From the IMG/VR virus record IMGVR_UViG_3300045961_000160: a stretch of 64,000 nucleotides of DNA; one strand, given 5' to 3'. This document shows, in pieces, positions 1 to 8,229 of the stretch (the stretch's first letter is position 1; every line of letters begins with the position of its first letter). Origin of the DNA: an uncultured virus (IMG/VR IMGVR_UViG_3300045961_000160). Its lineage: Duplodnaviria > Heunggongvirae > Uroviricota > Caudoviricetes. Position numbers and translations under genes: made by a program. Under the pieces are notes generated by a model, which was given only the letters and a program-made list of their open reading frames with translations, did not search any database and was not told the DNA's origin.

Positions 1-26
1 ATCATCATATCATCAACCTAACACTA

Positions 27-1823
27 ATGGAAACAGAAATATGGCAAGTAATTCCCGGTTATGAAAAATATGAAGCTTCTACATTAGGTAATATTAGATC
101 CAATTGGTTTAATAAAGTCACAGTTTTCAAACCTAGCATGCATAAAACTGGATATTACAAAGTAAATATAACAGTTAACAAAAAGAAAAAAACAATCAAA
201 GTGCATCAACTGGTAGCCATGGCTTTTTTAAACCATCAACCAGATAAGTTTGACATTGTAGTAGATCATATAAACAATATCAAAACAGATAATCGTTTAT
301 GTAATCTACAACTATTAACCAATAGGGAAAATACCACAAAAGAAACATGGGGTAGTTCTAAACACATTGGTGTATCATATAGAAAAAATCAAAATAAATG
401 GGAGGCTAAAATTAAAATTAATGGTCTCAACAGATATTTAGGACTATATGAAAAAGAAGAAGATGCCGCGCAAGCATACCAAGATGCATTAAAAAACTTA
501 AAATCAATGAATTTATCAGATATATTCCAAGCAAGAAAAACCCCAATAGAATTCACCCAAGGACAATTAGAAGCATTGACAAAAGTTAATGACTTTCTAA
601 AATCAAAAGACAACTTTTTCTTATTAGCAGGTTACTCCGGTTGTGGTAAAACAACAATAGCTGAAAACATAGCAAATTACAAAGGAGCAACATTACTGGC
701 CCCAACCAACGCAGCAGTAAACAGACTTAAAGAAAAAATCAACAACACCAAGTTGCAATATAAAACCATTCACTCTTTACTGTTCTCTACTAAAGATGAC
801 AACGGAAACTTTGTTAAAGACAAATCATTCTTACAAGGCCGTACATACATAATTGATGAATGCTCTATGGTTGACAAGTACATCCTAGATACCATCATTA
901 AAGATGCAATTAAGAAAAGCTGTAAGATTATCTTCATGGGTGACAGTTTTCAATTAGAACCTGTAGGAGAAGACCCACACATCTTTAACTGGGAAAATAG
1001 CTTCCCTGAAGTGTTTAAACCAGAGTGGAGGTATGAACTTACAGAAGTAAAGAGATATGACGGCTCATTGCTTAAAATAGCCACAGAAATGCGGATTAAT
1101 AAGAAACCTCTGTTTAGTCAACCAGATAATTCAGATTTATCTTTTGTTCCTAAGTTTTCTAGCAAGCTGGCTAAAGACATCAAAGCTCAGAGCAACTATG
1201 TTGTTTTAACTTCTACCAATCAAAGAAGAGTATTGTACAACAAAAAGATTAGATCTTTCCTGTTTAACAATCCAAATATTGATGGTAGAGCACAAGAAGG
1301 AGATATGTTAGTTTCTGTATCCAATAATGAGCATTACTCAAATGGAGAAATCTACAAAATTGAAGGTGGAATATTAATTGAAAGTTTTGAAATTACAGTT
1401 GCTGTTAAAAATGACAAATACAAAACTTACAATGCGCTATTGTACAAACACAAAAAGCAATACACTCTTTTGATTCCAGATTTAGAAGAACCTTCACTGC
1501 ACGGTCAGACAATCTACAATTCAATTAAAGATGGTGATACCAAAGTTCCATTTAACATTAGAAAATTACTCATCTCTAAAGTTGAGTTTTACAAAAATGG
1601 AAAGTATCAATATTTTGAAATGTTTAATAAAAACATAATCATTTCAACATTTGGTTATGCTATCTCATGTCACAAAGCCCAAGGCCAAGAATGGGACAAT
1701 GTTTACATTGATGCTTACTGGTTAATGCCGGTATGGGATGCAGCAAAATGGTTTTACACAGCAATAACAAGAGCAAAATGCAAAGTGGAAGTAACGCAAA
1801 ACAAATACCTAAAGACCCGTTAG
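27..1823 (+). CDS. NUMOD4-HNH-AP2 homing-endonuclease-like module fused in frame to a Dda/RecD-like SF1 DNA helicase
   Basis: N-terminal EIWQVIPGYEKYEASTLGNIRS (NUMOD4), VHQLVAMAF...VVDHINNIKTDNRLCNLQ (HNH) and GVSYRKNQNKWEAKI...YLGLY (AP2). After an in-frame ATG at 507 come Walker A GYSGCGKTT, IIDECSMV, GDSFQLEPV, YAISCHKAQGQEW and YTAITRAK. Confidence 0.9.
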   Translation: METEIWQVIPGYEKYEASTLGNIRSNWFNKVTVFKPSMHKTGYYKVNITVNKKKKTIKVHQLVAMAFLNHQPDKFDIVVDHINNIKTDNRLCNLQLLTNRENTTKETWGSSKHIGVSYRKNQNKWEAKIKINGLNRYLGLYEKEEDAAQAYQDALKNLKSMNLSDIFQARKTPIEFTQGQLEALTKVNDFLKSKDNFFLLAGYSGCGKTTIAENIANYKGATLLAPTNAAVNRLKEKINNTKLQYKTIHSLLFSTKDDNGNFVKDKSFLQGRTYIIDECSMVDKYILDTIIKDAIKKSCKIIFMGDSFQLEPVGEDPHIFNWENSFPEVFKPEWRYELTEVKRYDGSLLKIATEMRINKKPLFSQPDNSDLSFVPKFSSKLAKDIKAQSNYVVLTSTNQRRVLYNKKIRSFLFNNPNIDGRAQEGDMLVSVSNNEHYSNGEIYKIEGGILIESFEITVAVKNDKYKTYNALLYKHKKQYTLLIPDLEEPSLHGQTIYNSIKDGDTKVPFNIRKLLISKVEFYKNGKYQYFEMFNKNIIISTFGYAISCHKAQGQEWDNVYIDAYWLMPVWDAAKWFYTAITRAKCKVEVTQNKYLKTR

Positions 1824-2155
1824 TTGAAAAACTTATGGGTCTTCTTGCAAATAAAGTCAGTATGTATAATAGTACACTTTATGTTGACTTTTTAAAAAAA
1901 AGGTTAACACATTCTATTTACAGTAACATCCTTAAAAAAGGACATATTGTTGGAATTAATAAAAGGTATGAAAGAATTACCGTTCATATTGACTTGCAAA
2001 TACTAAAAACTTTTAAATCTAAAATTGCAAAACAACTTGCAGTTTATGGATTATTAAAAGATTCAGAAAAACTTGAAGTAGAATTTATAATCTTCCATGA
2101 TAATACTGTAAGTACTCACAGAAGATTATTAGGACCAACAAACGAATCAATTTAA
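1733..2155 (+). CDS. hypothetical protein (true start probably ATG 1778 or 1835)
   Basis: ORF fills the gap in a tightly packed + strand cluster; no recognisable motif. Confidence 0.6.
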   Translation: MGCSKMVLHSNNKSKMQSGSNAKQIPKDPLVEKLMGLLANKVSMYNSTLYVDFLKKRLTHSIYSNILKKGHIVGINKRYERITVHIDLQILKTFKSKIAKQLAVYGLLKDSEKLEVEFIIFHDNTVSTHRRLLGPTNESI

Positions 2156-2157
2156 TT

Positions 2158-2427
2158 ATGGCACATTTAGATTTTAAAATTACCATGTGGAAAAGAATTC
2201 ATATTCCAGATGATAAAGTACAAGAAGTTATTGAAGAACTTAAAAATGGTAGCTGTGATGCACCATATGATTTATTAGAAAAAGAAGGTTTTTATTTTGA
2301 TCAAGCTGGTTCAGATGAAGAATGTGAAGAACCAATGCTTGTAGAAGAAAATGAAGGTTCATCAACGCAAGAACTTTGGGATTCAACTGGCAATATAATT
2401 TATCAAAATGGCGCAGAACCCAATTAG
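2158..2427 (+). CDS. hypothetical acidic protein
   Basis: 89-aa ORF with A/T-rich start context, packed against its neighbours. Confidence 0.7.
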   Translation: MAHLDFKITMWKRIHIPDDKVQEVIEELKNGSCDAPYDLLEKEGFYFDQAGSDEECEEPMLVEENEGSSTQELWDSTGNIIYQNGAEPN

Positions 2428-2686
2428 CAGTTTAACTTTGGTTGTAAAAAAAGTTGAAATTACACCAAGAAATAAAGATGAGATGGAAGTTGAATGTGAA
2501 ATTCAAAACTATGAAATATCTCAAGTCATAGATGAACTAGATTCAAAACTTCTAATTGATTCATTAACAGCAAGAGGTGCATTAACTATGGAACTCTTCC
2601 TAAAGGAGTTTACTTTAGAAGATGTGTTTGGAGAGTTCACCGGATCAGAACTAAAAGAAAGATTAGCAAAATTTTTAATTAACTAA
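2408..2686 (+). CDS. hypothetical protein
   Basis: 92-aa ORF overlapping the previous gene. Confidence 0.7.
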   Translation: MAQNPISSLTLVVKKVEITPRNKDEMEVECEIQNYEISQVIDELDSKLLIDSLTARGALTMELFLKEFTLEDVFGEFTGSELKERLAKFLIN

Positions 2687-2696
2687 CAAAAACAAA

Positions 2697-2957
2697 ATGA
2701 AAAATACAATTTTAATAATTGCAGTAGTGCTTATAACAATAGCAGGATTAACCAGTATGACTTATACTGAAGCACGGGAAAAAAGTGCCGGTGATGCAGT
2801 TCCGCGAATAGTGTTTGCAGTACCTGTAAAACCAAAATCAACAGTCATTACTGATGATGCGCATGTCTACAAATACCTTAAAAAAGGGTATCAAATTCAA
2901 TGTGCCTGGAACAATCATTCCTATTATGAGAACAAATTTGTTGTTGTAAAATATTAA
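2697..2957 (+). CDS. small exported or membrane-anchored protein
   Basis: N-terminal MKNTILIIAVVLITIAGLTS resembles a signal peptide or TM helix; A-rich leader. Confidence 0.7.
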   Translation: MKNTILIIAVVLITIAGLTSMTYTEAREKSAGDAVPRIVFAVPVKPKSTVITDDAHVYKYLKKGYQIQCAWNNHSYYENKFVVVKY

Positions 2958-2961
2958 GGTA

Positions 2962-3246
2962 ATGAAACCTTACAAAATGAAACATGTGCCAACTGGATTA
3001 TATTTCCAGCCACATAAACACAGAGGTAGTCATTTATCAAAAAATGGTAAAATCTATCAGACCAAAAGCAATGGTGTTGAGACTGGCAATTATGGTTACA
3101 AAACTTTCCGGATAGCTTGTCAAAAAGATAGCCAGATCCATAAACTCACTAAAGATATTCTTAATTGGGATGAAGGACACCGTTATTCATATGGGCAACT
3201 TTATGTTGAAACTGCATTTACAGATTGGGTAAAAGAAGAAATATAA
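2962..3246 (+). CDS. hypothetical phage protein
   Basis: 94-aa ORF in the packed cluster. Confidence 0.7.
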   Translation: MKPYKMKHVPTGLYFQPHKHRGSHLSKNGKIYQTKSNGVETGNYGYKTFRIACQKDSQIHKLTKDILNWDEGHRYSYGQLYVETAFTDWVKEEI

Positions 3247-3402
3247 ACAAGAACAATGAGTGAAGAACAAAAAAGTTGGGAACAATTTAATAAAGTAGAT
3301 GAGTCTACTTTAGCAATGTCAGCAATGTATGCTGCAGTTGAGTCTAAGTTAAAACCAAGAGGTACAAACCTAAAACCTCCAAAAAAGAAACGTAAAAAGT
3401 AA
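3244..3402 (+). repeat. ~160-bp direct repeat, copy 1 (copy 2 at 4031-4192)
   Basis: TAAACAAGAACAATGAGT...CAAAAAAGTTGGGAACAATTTAATAAAGTAGATGAGTCTACTTTAGCAATGTCAGCAATGTA...AAACCAAGAGGTAC...CCTCCAAAAAAGAAA is present at both loci. Confidence 0.95.
3256..3402 (+). CDS. 48-aa protein with basic C-terminal tail, copy A (not in ORF track)
   Basis: Translates to MSEEQKSWEQFNKVDESTLAMSAMYAAVESKLKPRGTNLKPPKKKRKK; a paralog lies at 4043-4192. Confidence 0.85.
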   Translation: MSEEQKSWEQFNKVDESTLAMSAMYAAVESKLKPRGTNLKPPKKKRKK

Positions 3403-3421
3403 AAACTAAACAACAAGAACA

Positions 3422-3652
3422 ATGAAAACAGCAGTAGAATGGTTAGCAGATGAAATAATTATGCTTGAAGAAAGATTAAGACAAGAAGAAATTAATCTAA
3501 ATGACTTTATGGATTTGAAAGATGATTTGGTAACAAAAGCTTTAGAAATGGAGAAAAAGCAGATTATTGCTGCAGTATATTATAATACAAGTGCAACTAG
3601 ACACGATGACCTACCTAAAGGAGAGAAATATTATAAAGATACATTTAAATAA
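3422..3652 (+). CDS. small 'MKTAVEWL...MEKKQII...YY..TF'-type phage protein
   Basis: N- and C-terminal signatures resemble a small-protein family I recall from aquatic Bacteroidota phages; function unknown. Confidence 0.75.
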   Translation: MKTAVEWLADEIIMLEERLRQEEINLNDFMDLKDDLVTKALEMEKKQIIAAVYYNTSATRHDDLPKGEKYYKDTFK

Positions 3653-3659
3653 AAATATA

Positions 3660-3803
3660 ATGGACTTAAAAAAAGAACTATTAGAATTCCTTGAGGCTAA
3701 TAATAATTTTGGTTTAGAAGAACCTGAAAAATTAGTTGACATTTATATTAAAGTGTATAAAGAAGGACTAGGAATTAATTATTTTAAACAACAAGAACAA
3801 TGA
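3660..3803 (+). CDS. 47-aa hypothetical protein ending in KQQEQ (start revised from 3567 to ATG 3660)
   Basis: ATG at 3660 follows the stop of the previous gene; the 3' end encodes the AACAAGAACAATGA junction motif. Confidence 0.7.
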   Translation: MDLKKELLEFLEANNNFGLEEPEKLVDIYIKVYKEGLGINYFKQQEQ

Positions 3804-4033
3804 AAGCAGAAGAGTTTATAAAGAAACAAGAAGAAAAACACGGCAGTTTTTTAATATTCTACCCCCCATCAACGGATAAAGAAGCTTTAGCTGCCTTAAG
3901 AGAACATTTTTTAGGAAAGGATTGGTATACTGCTAACCCTGTTAGTCAAGATCAAGTTAATACAGAAATTGTAGCTCTTATACTTGATAAGACTCAACCA
4001 AAGAAATGGTATCAAAGATTATTTAACCTTTAA
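3800..4033 (+). CDS. hypothetical protein
   Basis: 77-aa ORF with an ATGA overlap on the previous stop. Confidence 0.75.
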   Translation: MKAEEFIKKQEEKHGSFLIFYPPSTDKEALAALREHFLGKDWYTANPVSQDQVNTEIVALILDKTQPKKWYQRLFNL

Positions 4034-4192
4034 ACAAGAACAATGAGTAAAGACCAAAAAAGTTGGGAACAATTTAATAAAGTAGATGAGTCTACTTTAG
4101 CAATGTCAGCAATGTACACAGCAGTTGAATCTAAATTAAAACCAAGAGGTACCAATTTAACTCCTCCAAAAAAGAAAAGAAAAAAGAAATAA
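4031..4192 (+). repeat. ~160-bp direct repeat, copy 2
   Basis: Matches 3244-3402 with scattered substitutions, many at third codon positions. Confidence 0.95.
4043..4192 (+). CDS. 49-aa protein with basic C-terminal tail, copy B (not in ORF track)
   Basis: Translates to MSKDQKSWEQFNKVDESTLAMSAMYTAVESKLKPRGTNLTPPKKKRKKK; TAATG coupling to the next gene. Confidence 0.85.
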   Translation: MSKDQKSWEQFNKVDESTLAMSAMYTAVESKLKPRGTNLTPPKKKRKKK

Positions 4193-5061
4193 TGCTAGTA
4201 GAAAAAATTACTAGAAAATCCATGCAAATTAGACCATCAGGGCGGTCAACTGATTTTATCAGTCCGTCCTTTGGTCATGGGTGCTTATATGATTGCACAT
4301 ATTGTTACTTAAAAAGACATAAAGCCGCAGGGTTAGATATTGCAACTAACACTAGTCAAATACTAACAGAGATTAATAGTCACTGTGCATTTGCTGAAGT
4401 AGAAAAGCCTAATCAAACTCATCCAGAGTTTATTACTTATGACATTTCATGTAATGAAGACTTTGCATTGCATGCCAAGTATCATCAATGGGAAGAGATA
4501 TTTGATTTCTTTAGGAAGCACCCTGTGGCAATGGGATCACTTGCTACAAAGTATGTTAACAAAAAACTGCTTTCTTTTAATCCTGAAGGCAAGGTAAGAA
4601 TTAGATTTAGTTTGATGCCTCAAGTTTATTCTGATCAATTGGAACCAAACACTAGTAGCATAAAAGAAAGATTAGAAGCTGTTCATTTGTTTAAGCAAGC
4701 CGGATATGATGTTCATCTTAATTTTAGTCCAGTAATTGTAAATAAAAACTGGCTATCTCACTATAATGATTTGTTCCTACAGGTAGCATATTATGCAAAA
4801 CTTAACGGGTGGGATAATAACTCAGTTAAAGCAGAAGTGATATTTCTAACTCACAATGCACGCAAGCATTTAGATAACATTCAAAATGAACTACCAGGTG
4901 AAGATTTAATTTGGGTCCCTCAAGTACAAGAATCTAAAAATTCTCAGTATGGAGGAGTAAATATAAGATACAAACATAAATTAAAAGCAAAATGGATCAG
5001 AGAGTTTACTGAACTTCATGATTTAATTTTGCCTTGGAATGAAATTCGGTACAGCTTTTAA
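4192..5061 (+). CDS. splB: spore photoproduct lyase-like radical SAM protein
   Basis: CxxxCxYC motif (GCLYDCTYCYL), downstream ISCNED with a Cys resembling the SplB H-donor Cys, and SplB-like segments ATKYVN, RIRFSLMPQ, EPNTSSI.ERL.A, GYDVHLNFSPVI. Confidence 0.8.
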   Translation: MLVEKITRKSMQIRPSGRSTDFISPSFGHGCLYDCTYCYLKRHKAAGLDIATNTSQILTEINSHCAFAEVEKPNQTHPEFITYDISCNEDFALHAKYHQWEEIFDFFRKHPVAMGSLATKYVNKKLLSFNPEGKVRIRFSLMPQVYSDQLEPNTSSIKERLEAVHLFKQAGYDVHLNFSPVIVNKNWLSHYNDLFLQVAYYAKLNGWDNNSVKAEVIFLTHNARKHLDNIQNELPGEDLIWVPQVQESKNSQYGGVNIRYKHKLKAKWIREFTELHDLILPWNEIRYSF

Positions 5062-6083
5062 ACAATAGTACCGTTTTCAATCTTATAATTACTTACAGCT
5101 ACAGTACCTTTAGTTCTTTTTAGAATAGCAAACCCATGGTTCCATTCATTGATTTCTAAATACTCCGGGGTAAGTTCACACAAGCATCCCAAACTGTATC
5201 CGCGAATAGTTGTTGACTCTTCCGGACCATAAACTCTTTGAGAACTAGAACTAGTTTTATGAAAGTGATTGATAATACAGTTTGTCTTTAATCTCATTAA
5301 AGCGGTGCGGGCTGGTACTACACCACCTGCACCGGGGATTTTGTCACCATGCTCTATAAGAAAATCACCAAACACAACTTTAGATCTAAATGGAATATAC
5401 TGTACACCGTATTCAGCTACATGTAAAAGTACATCCAATCTAAATTCATCCATGTCTAATAGTTCTGATGCCTTAATTCTAAGGTATCTTTCAAATCTAT
5501 TTTCATGGTTGCCTGGAATAAAGTAAATAGGAATGTTTGGAAACCTTGTTCTGCAGTAATCTAAGAACTGTCTACCTGCTTCAATCTCTTCTTTGAAGTG
5601 AACCATCCTTGGATCTTTTTCATGGAAAGAGAGCTGATAAAAATCAAGCATATCTCCATTAAGAAACAACGCTTCAATTTTTTGTTTTTCCATTTCTTCA
5701 AATGCTGCTTCTATAGCTTCATTATCTTGATATGGAATATGAAGATCACCAAGAACACCAACAGAATTACACCCTGAAGGAAATACAAATGTGCCACGTT
5801 TGTTAGCATATGATTCTGGTAAAAATTTTTCTTTCATATTAAATTCTACTTTAAGTTCTTTTTGAAATCTTCTGTTGCTTAGTTCTTTACGATGTTCATT
5901 ACCAAGCTGTCCACGGTAGTATCTTACTCTTCCATATACTCTTTCAAAAGAATAAAATGAAGGATTTTCAGAATAAATTTTTCTGGCAAGAGTTTTAGAA
6001 GGAGCCTCTGGAAATTTTTCTAAGTATTCTAAAATAATTGCTGTATCAGCCTTTCGGCCATGTGTATTTTGAACAGTGGACAT
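5058..6083 (-). CDS. calcineurin-like metallophosphoesterase with an N-terminal helical, possibly HTH-like extension
   Basis: Motifs GDLHIP, LNGDMLD, PGNHE, EHGD and NHFH. Confidence 0.88.
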   Translation of the reverse strand: MSTVQNTHGRKADTAIILEYLEKFPEAPSKTLARKIYSENPSFYSFERVYGRVRYYRGQLGNEHRKELSNRRFQKELKVEFNMKEKFLPESYANKRGTFVFPSGCNSVGVLGDLHIPYQDNEAIEAAFEEMEKQKIEALFLNGDMLDFYQLSFHEKDPRMVHFKEEIEAGRQFLDYCRTRFPNIPIYFIPGNHENRFERYLRIKASELLDMDEFRLDVLLHVAEYGVQYIPFRSKVVFGDFLIEHGDKIPGAGGVVPARTALMRLKTNCIINHFHKTSSSSQRVYGPEESTTIRGYSLGCLCELTPEYLEINEWNHGFAILKRTKGTVAVSNYKIENGTIV

Positions 6084-6086
6084 AGA

Positions 6087-6095
6087 ATAATATAC
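6087..6095 (-). promoter_or_regulatory. putative late-promoter motif GTATATTAT
   Basis: The same motif precedes several - strand structural genes; here it lies 3 nt before the ATG. Confidence 0.55.
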
Positions 6096-6124
6096 AAAAA
6101 ATAAAGCAGATTAAAAAATTATAC

Positions 6125-6307
6125 ATGGTATCAAATAAAAAAAGAACCATTATGCATCAACTGAAAAATTCTAAAATTAATTTCAGTATGTATATGCTTA
6201 TAACAGTCAAACAACACATTCAAGAAAAATACAATTGCTCACCTTATTTAGCAAAACAATGTGCTAAAGAAATAATAGACATCAATGAAAGTCAAAAAAG
6301 ATCTTGA
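6125..6307 (+). CDS. hypothetical protein
   Basis: 60-aa ORF at the start of a chain of overlapping + strand ORFs. Confidence 0.55.
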   Translation: MVSNKKRTIMHQLKNSKINFSMYMLITVKQHIQEKYNCSPYLAKQCAKEIIDINESQKRS

Positions 6308-6494
6308 GTTAATTAAAGAATTGGAACCAGAATTAGAAAGGTTTCAAAAAAAATTTACGGAATACAAAAACAGGATTGCCAAAGTTGTAATCAATGAAGG
6401 TGAGCCATATAGAGTAAAAGAAAGAGCTGCAATTAAAAGAGCAGCTGAAGATTTAAAACAAATCCTTTATAAAGTAAACAGATTAACAGAATGA
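6285..6494 (+). CDS. hypothetical coiled-coil protein
   Basis: 69-aa charged, helical-looking ORF. Confidence 0.7.
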   Translation: MKVKKDLELIKELEPELERFQKKFTEYKNRIAKVVINEGEPYRVKERAAIKRAAEDLKQILYKVNRLTE

Positions 6495-6733
6495 TAATGA
6501 ATCTAATAAACTTAACAATTGGCAGTAAAATATTTGTTGTACACAACAGTTATGTCAACAAGAAAAGAGAAGGCGGTATTGTTAATCAAGCCCGCATAGT
6601 TTGCTTTGTAAACAGAAAAGGTTTTATTGAACCAGAATTTAGAATGATTGGTCAAAAAGGACCAAATTTATCTTTGTCAAATTATGCTGCATTTGACAAT
6701 ATTCAAGATGCCATAAACGCAATTCGGTCATGA
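6491..6733 (+). CDS. hypothetical protein
   Basis: 80-aa ORF with ATGA coupling at both ends. Confidence 0.7.
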   Translation: MIMNLINLTIGSKIFVVHNSYVNKKREGGIVNQARIVCFVNRKGFIEPEFRMIGQKGPNLSLSNYAAFDNIQDAINAIRS

Positions 6734-7002
6734 GAATTCAACTTCAAAAAACTAAAACAATCAAGGGTAATCTTTACCGGCTATCCTTGATTACTGAAGA
6801 CTTTTACTTCTACAGCAACTATCAAGAAGGAGACGAGAATGGAAACACTCTCATGTACAGAAGATCTAATGATGAATTAGTATCTGACAACTATTTTGCC
6901 TATGGAGCTTTAGAAGAAGTCCTTGAAAAAAATGAATATTTGTGGATAAGCCAGTACTTAAAAAAATGTTATAAAAATTACAAATTATCTAAAAATGAGT
7001 GA
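6730..7002 (+). CDS. hypothetical protein
   Basis: 90-aa ORF with ATGA coupling. Confidence 0.7.
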   Translation: MRIQLQKTKTIKGNLYRLSLITEDFYFYSNYQEGDENGNTLMYRRSNDELVSDNYFAYGALEEVLEKNEYLWISQYLKKCYKNYKLSKNE

Positions 7003-7264
7003 TGATATAATGACATTAAATGAGTATCTTAGTCAAACAGATCCGGTAAGAATGCCTCATGTCAAACTGGATCCATCTGAATACTTTGTTAAAACTACAT
7101 TAACTGCTTACACAAAAAGATCAGGTAGAGACAAAATAACAATAAAACAAGTTTTCATACATGCTTTTCCAGGAGTTGAATACGTGCAAGAAGGCACGTG
7201 GCCTCAATTGTACACAACTGATGAGCATGGAAATCCAAAAGCACCTAGTTGCTTTAGAATATAA
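6995..7264 (+). CDS. hypothetical protein
   Basis: 89-aa ORF overlapping the previous stop. Confidence 0.65.
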   Translation: MSDDIMTLNEYLSQTDPVRMPHVKLDPSEYFVKTTLTAYTKRSGRDKITIKQVFIHAFPGVEYVQEGTWPQLYTTDEHGNPKAPSCFRI

Positions 7265-7282
7265 ATCAATAAACAAACATAC

Positions 7283-7669
7283 ATGGAAAAACAAATCAAA
7301 ATGGTGGAAGAGTTCCACACAAAATTCAAACAAGAACAAGGCACCGCTCCAAAGTTTTTAAGCAGTAAAGAAACTGTTTTAAGACATTCATTAGGTCTTG
7401 AAGAACTGAATGAATATTTAGATGCGGCTGCCAATGAAGATATGATTGAAGTGCTAGATGCCCTAGCTGATCAATTGTATATTTTGTTTGGAACCATTTG
7501 CAAACACGGTTTACAAAAGCATATTACCGCTGCATTTGAATTAGTACACCAAAACAACATGGCCAAACTAGGACCAGATGGTGAACCAATTCTTAGAGCT
7601 GATGGCAAAATTATCAAACCAGAAGGCTTTCAAAAAGTTGAGTTAAAAAATGTCTTAAAACTTGACTAA
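7283..7669 (+). CDS. MazG-like (PRA-PH/DR2231-type) NTP pyrophosphohydrolase
   Basis: V.EFH.KF, EELNEY, EVLDALADQLYILFG, VHQNNMAKLGPDGEPILRADGKIIKP signature. Confidence 0.85.
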   Translation: MEKQIKMVEEFHTKFKQEQGTAPKFLSSKETVLRHSLGLEELNEYLDAAANEDMIEVLDALADQLYILFGTICKHGLQKHITAAFELVHQNNMAKLGPDGEPILRADGKIIKPEGFQKVELKNVLKLD

Positions 7670-7674
7670 GCCTT

Positions 7675-8229
7675 ATGCAAAATATTACACTAGAAGACAT
7701 TAAACAATCTGTTCAAATCAGTAAAGTGTTTATATTGCCTCTTATAAATCTCTCTCAAAAAGTAAAACCTATAGAAACTTACTTAGCTATAGAAGGGCTT
7801 GAGATTTATGATGGCTATACCTTAATTTTGCTTTTTCACAATGAAGATCCAACTTATCCAGAACAGTTAAAAGAAATACAAGCAAACAAGCATTATGATT
7901 TTCATATTTCAGATGCAGAATTTGATATTGTAATTTTTGACATGAGTGAGTTAGATGTGGATTATGATCTAATTATCAATGGTCATTACTCATCATTGTC
8001 ACAAACAGCAAAAGTGCTTATTAACTACCATGGTATTACCAACAAGAAAGCACTAATAGGAATACATCCTGAATATTATTATGAACAGTACGCGAATTTA
8101 CTTGATGTAAATGTCAATACAATTAAAGGTCATGAGTTAATGCCTCCTCCAAATGCAACGGATGAGACATTAACTGTAAGTAAAAAGACCTTATTCTTCC
8201 TAAAAGAAGAATACATGATTGCAGATTAA
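7675..8229 (+). CDS. hypothetical protein
   Basis: 184-aa ORF, the last + strand gene; it converges on the virion module. Confidence 0.75.
   Translation: MQNITLEDIKQSVQISKVFILPLINLSQKVKPIETYLAIEGLEIYDGYTLILLFHNEDPTYPEQLKEIQANKHYDFHISDAEFDIVIFDMSELDVDYDLIINGHYSSLSQTAKVLINYHGITNKKALIGIHPEYYYEQYANLLDVNVNTIKGHELMPPPNATDETLTVSKKTLFFLKEEYMIAD

Noticed and set aside
3244..4192. CRISPR-like array suggested by the recurring AACAAGAACAATGA
   Set aside because: Repeats are short, non-palindromic, irregularly spaced and separated by full ORFs; no cas genes are present.
3244..4192. Diversity-generating retroelement TR/VR pair
   Set aside because: Differences between the copies are not confined to adenines of one template, both copies are coding, and no reverse transcriptase is in the window.
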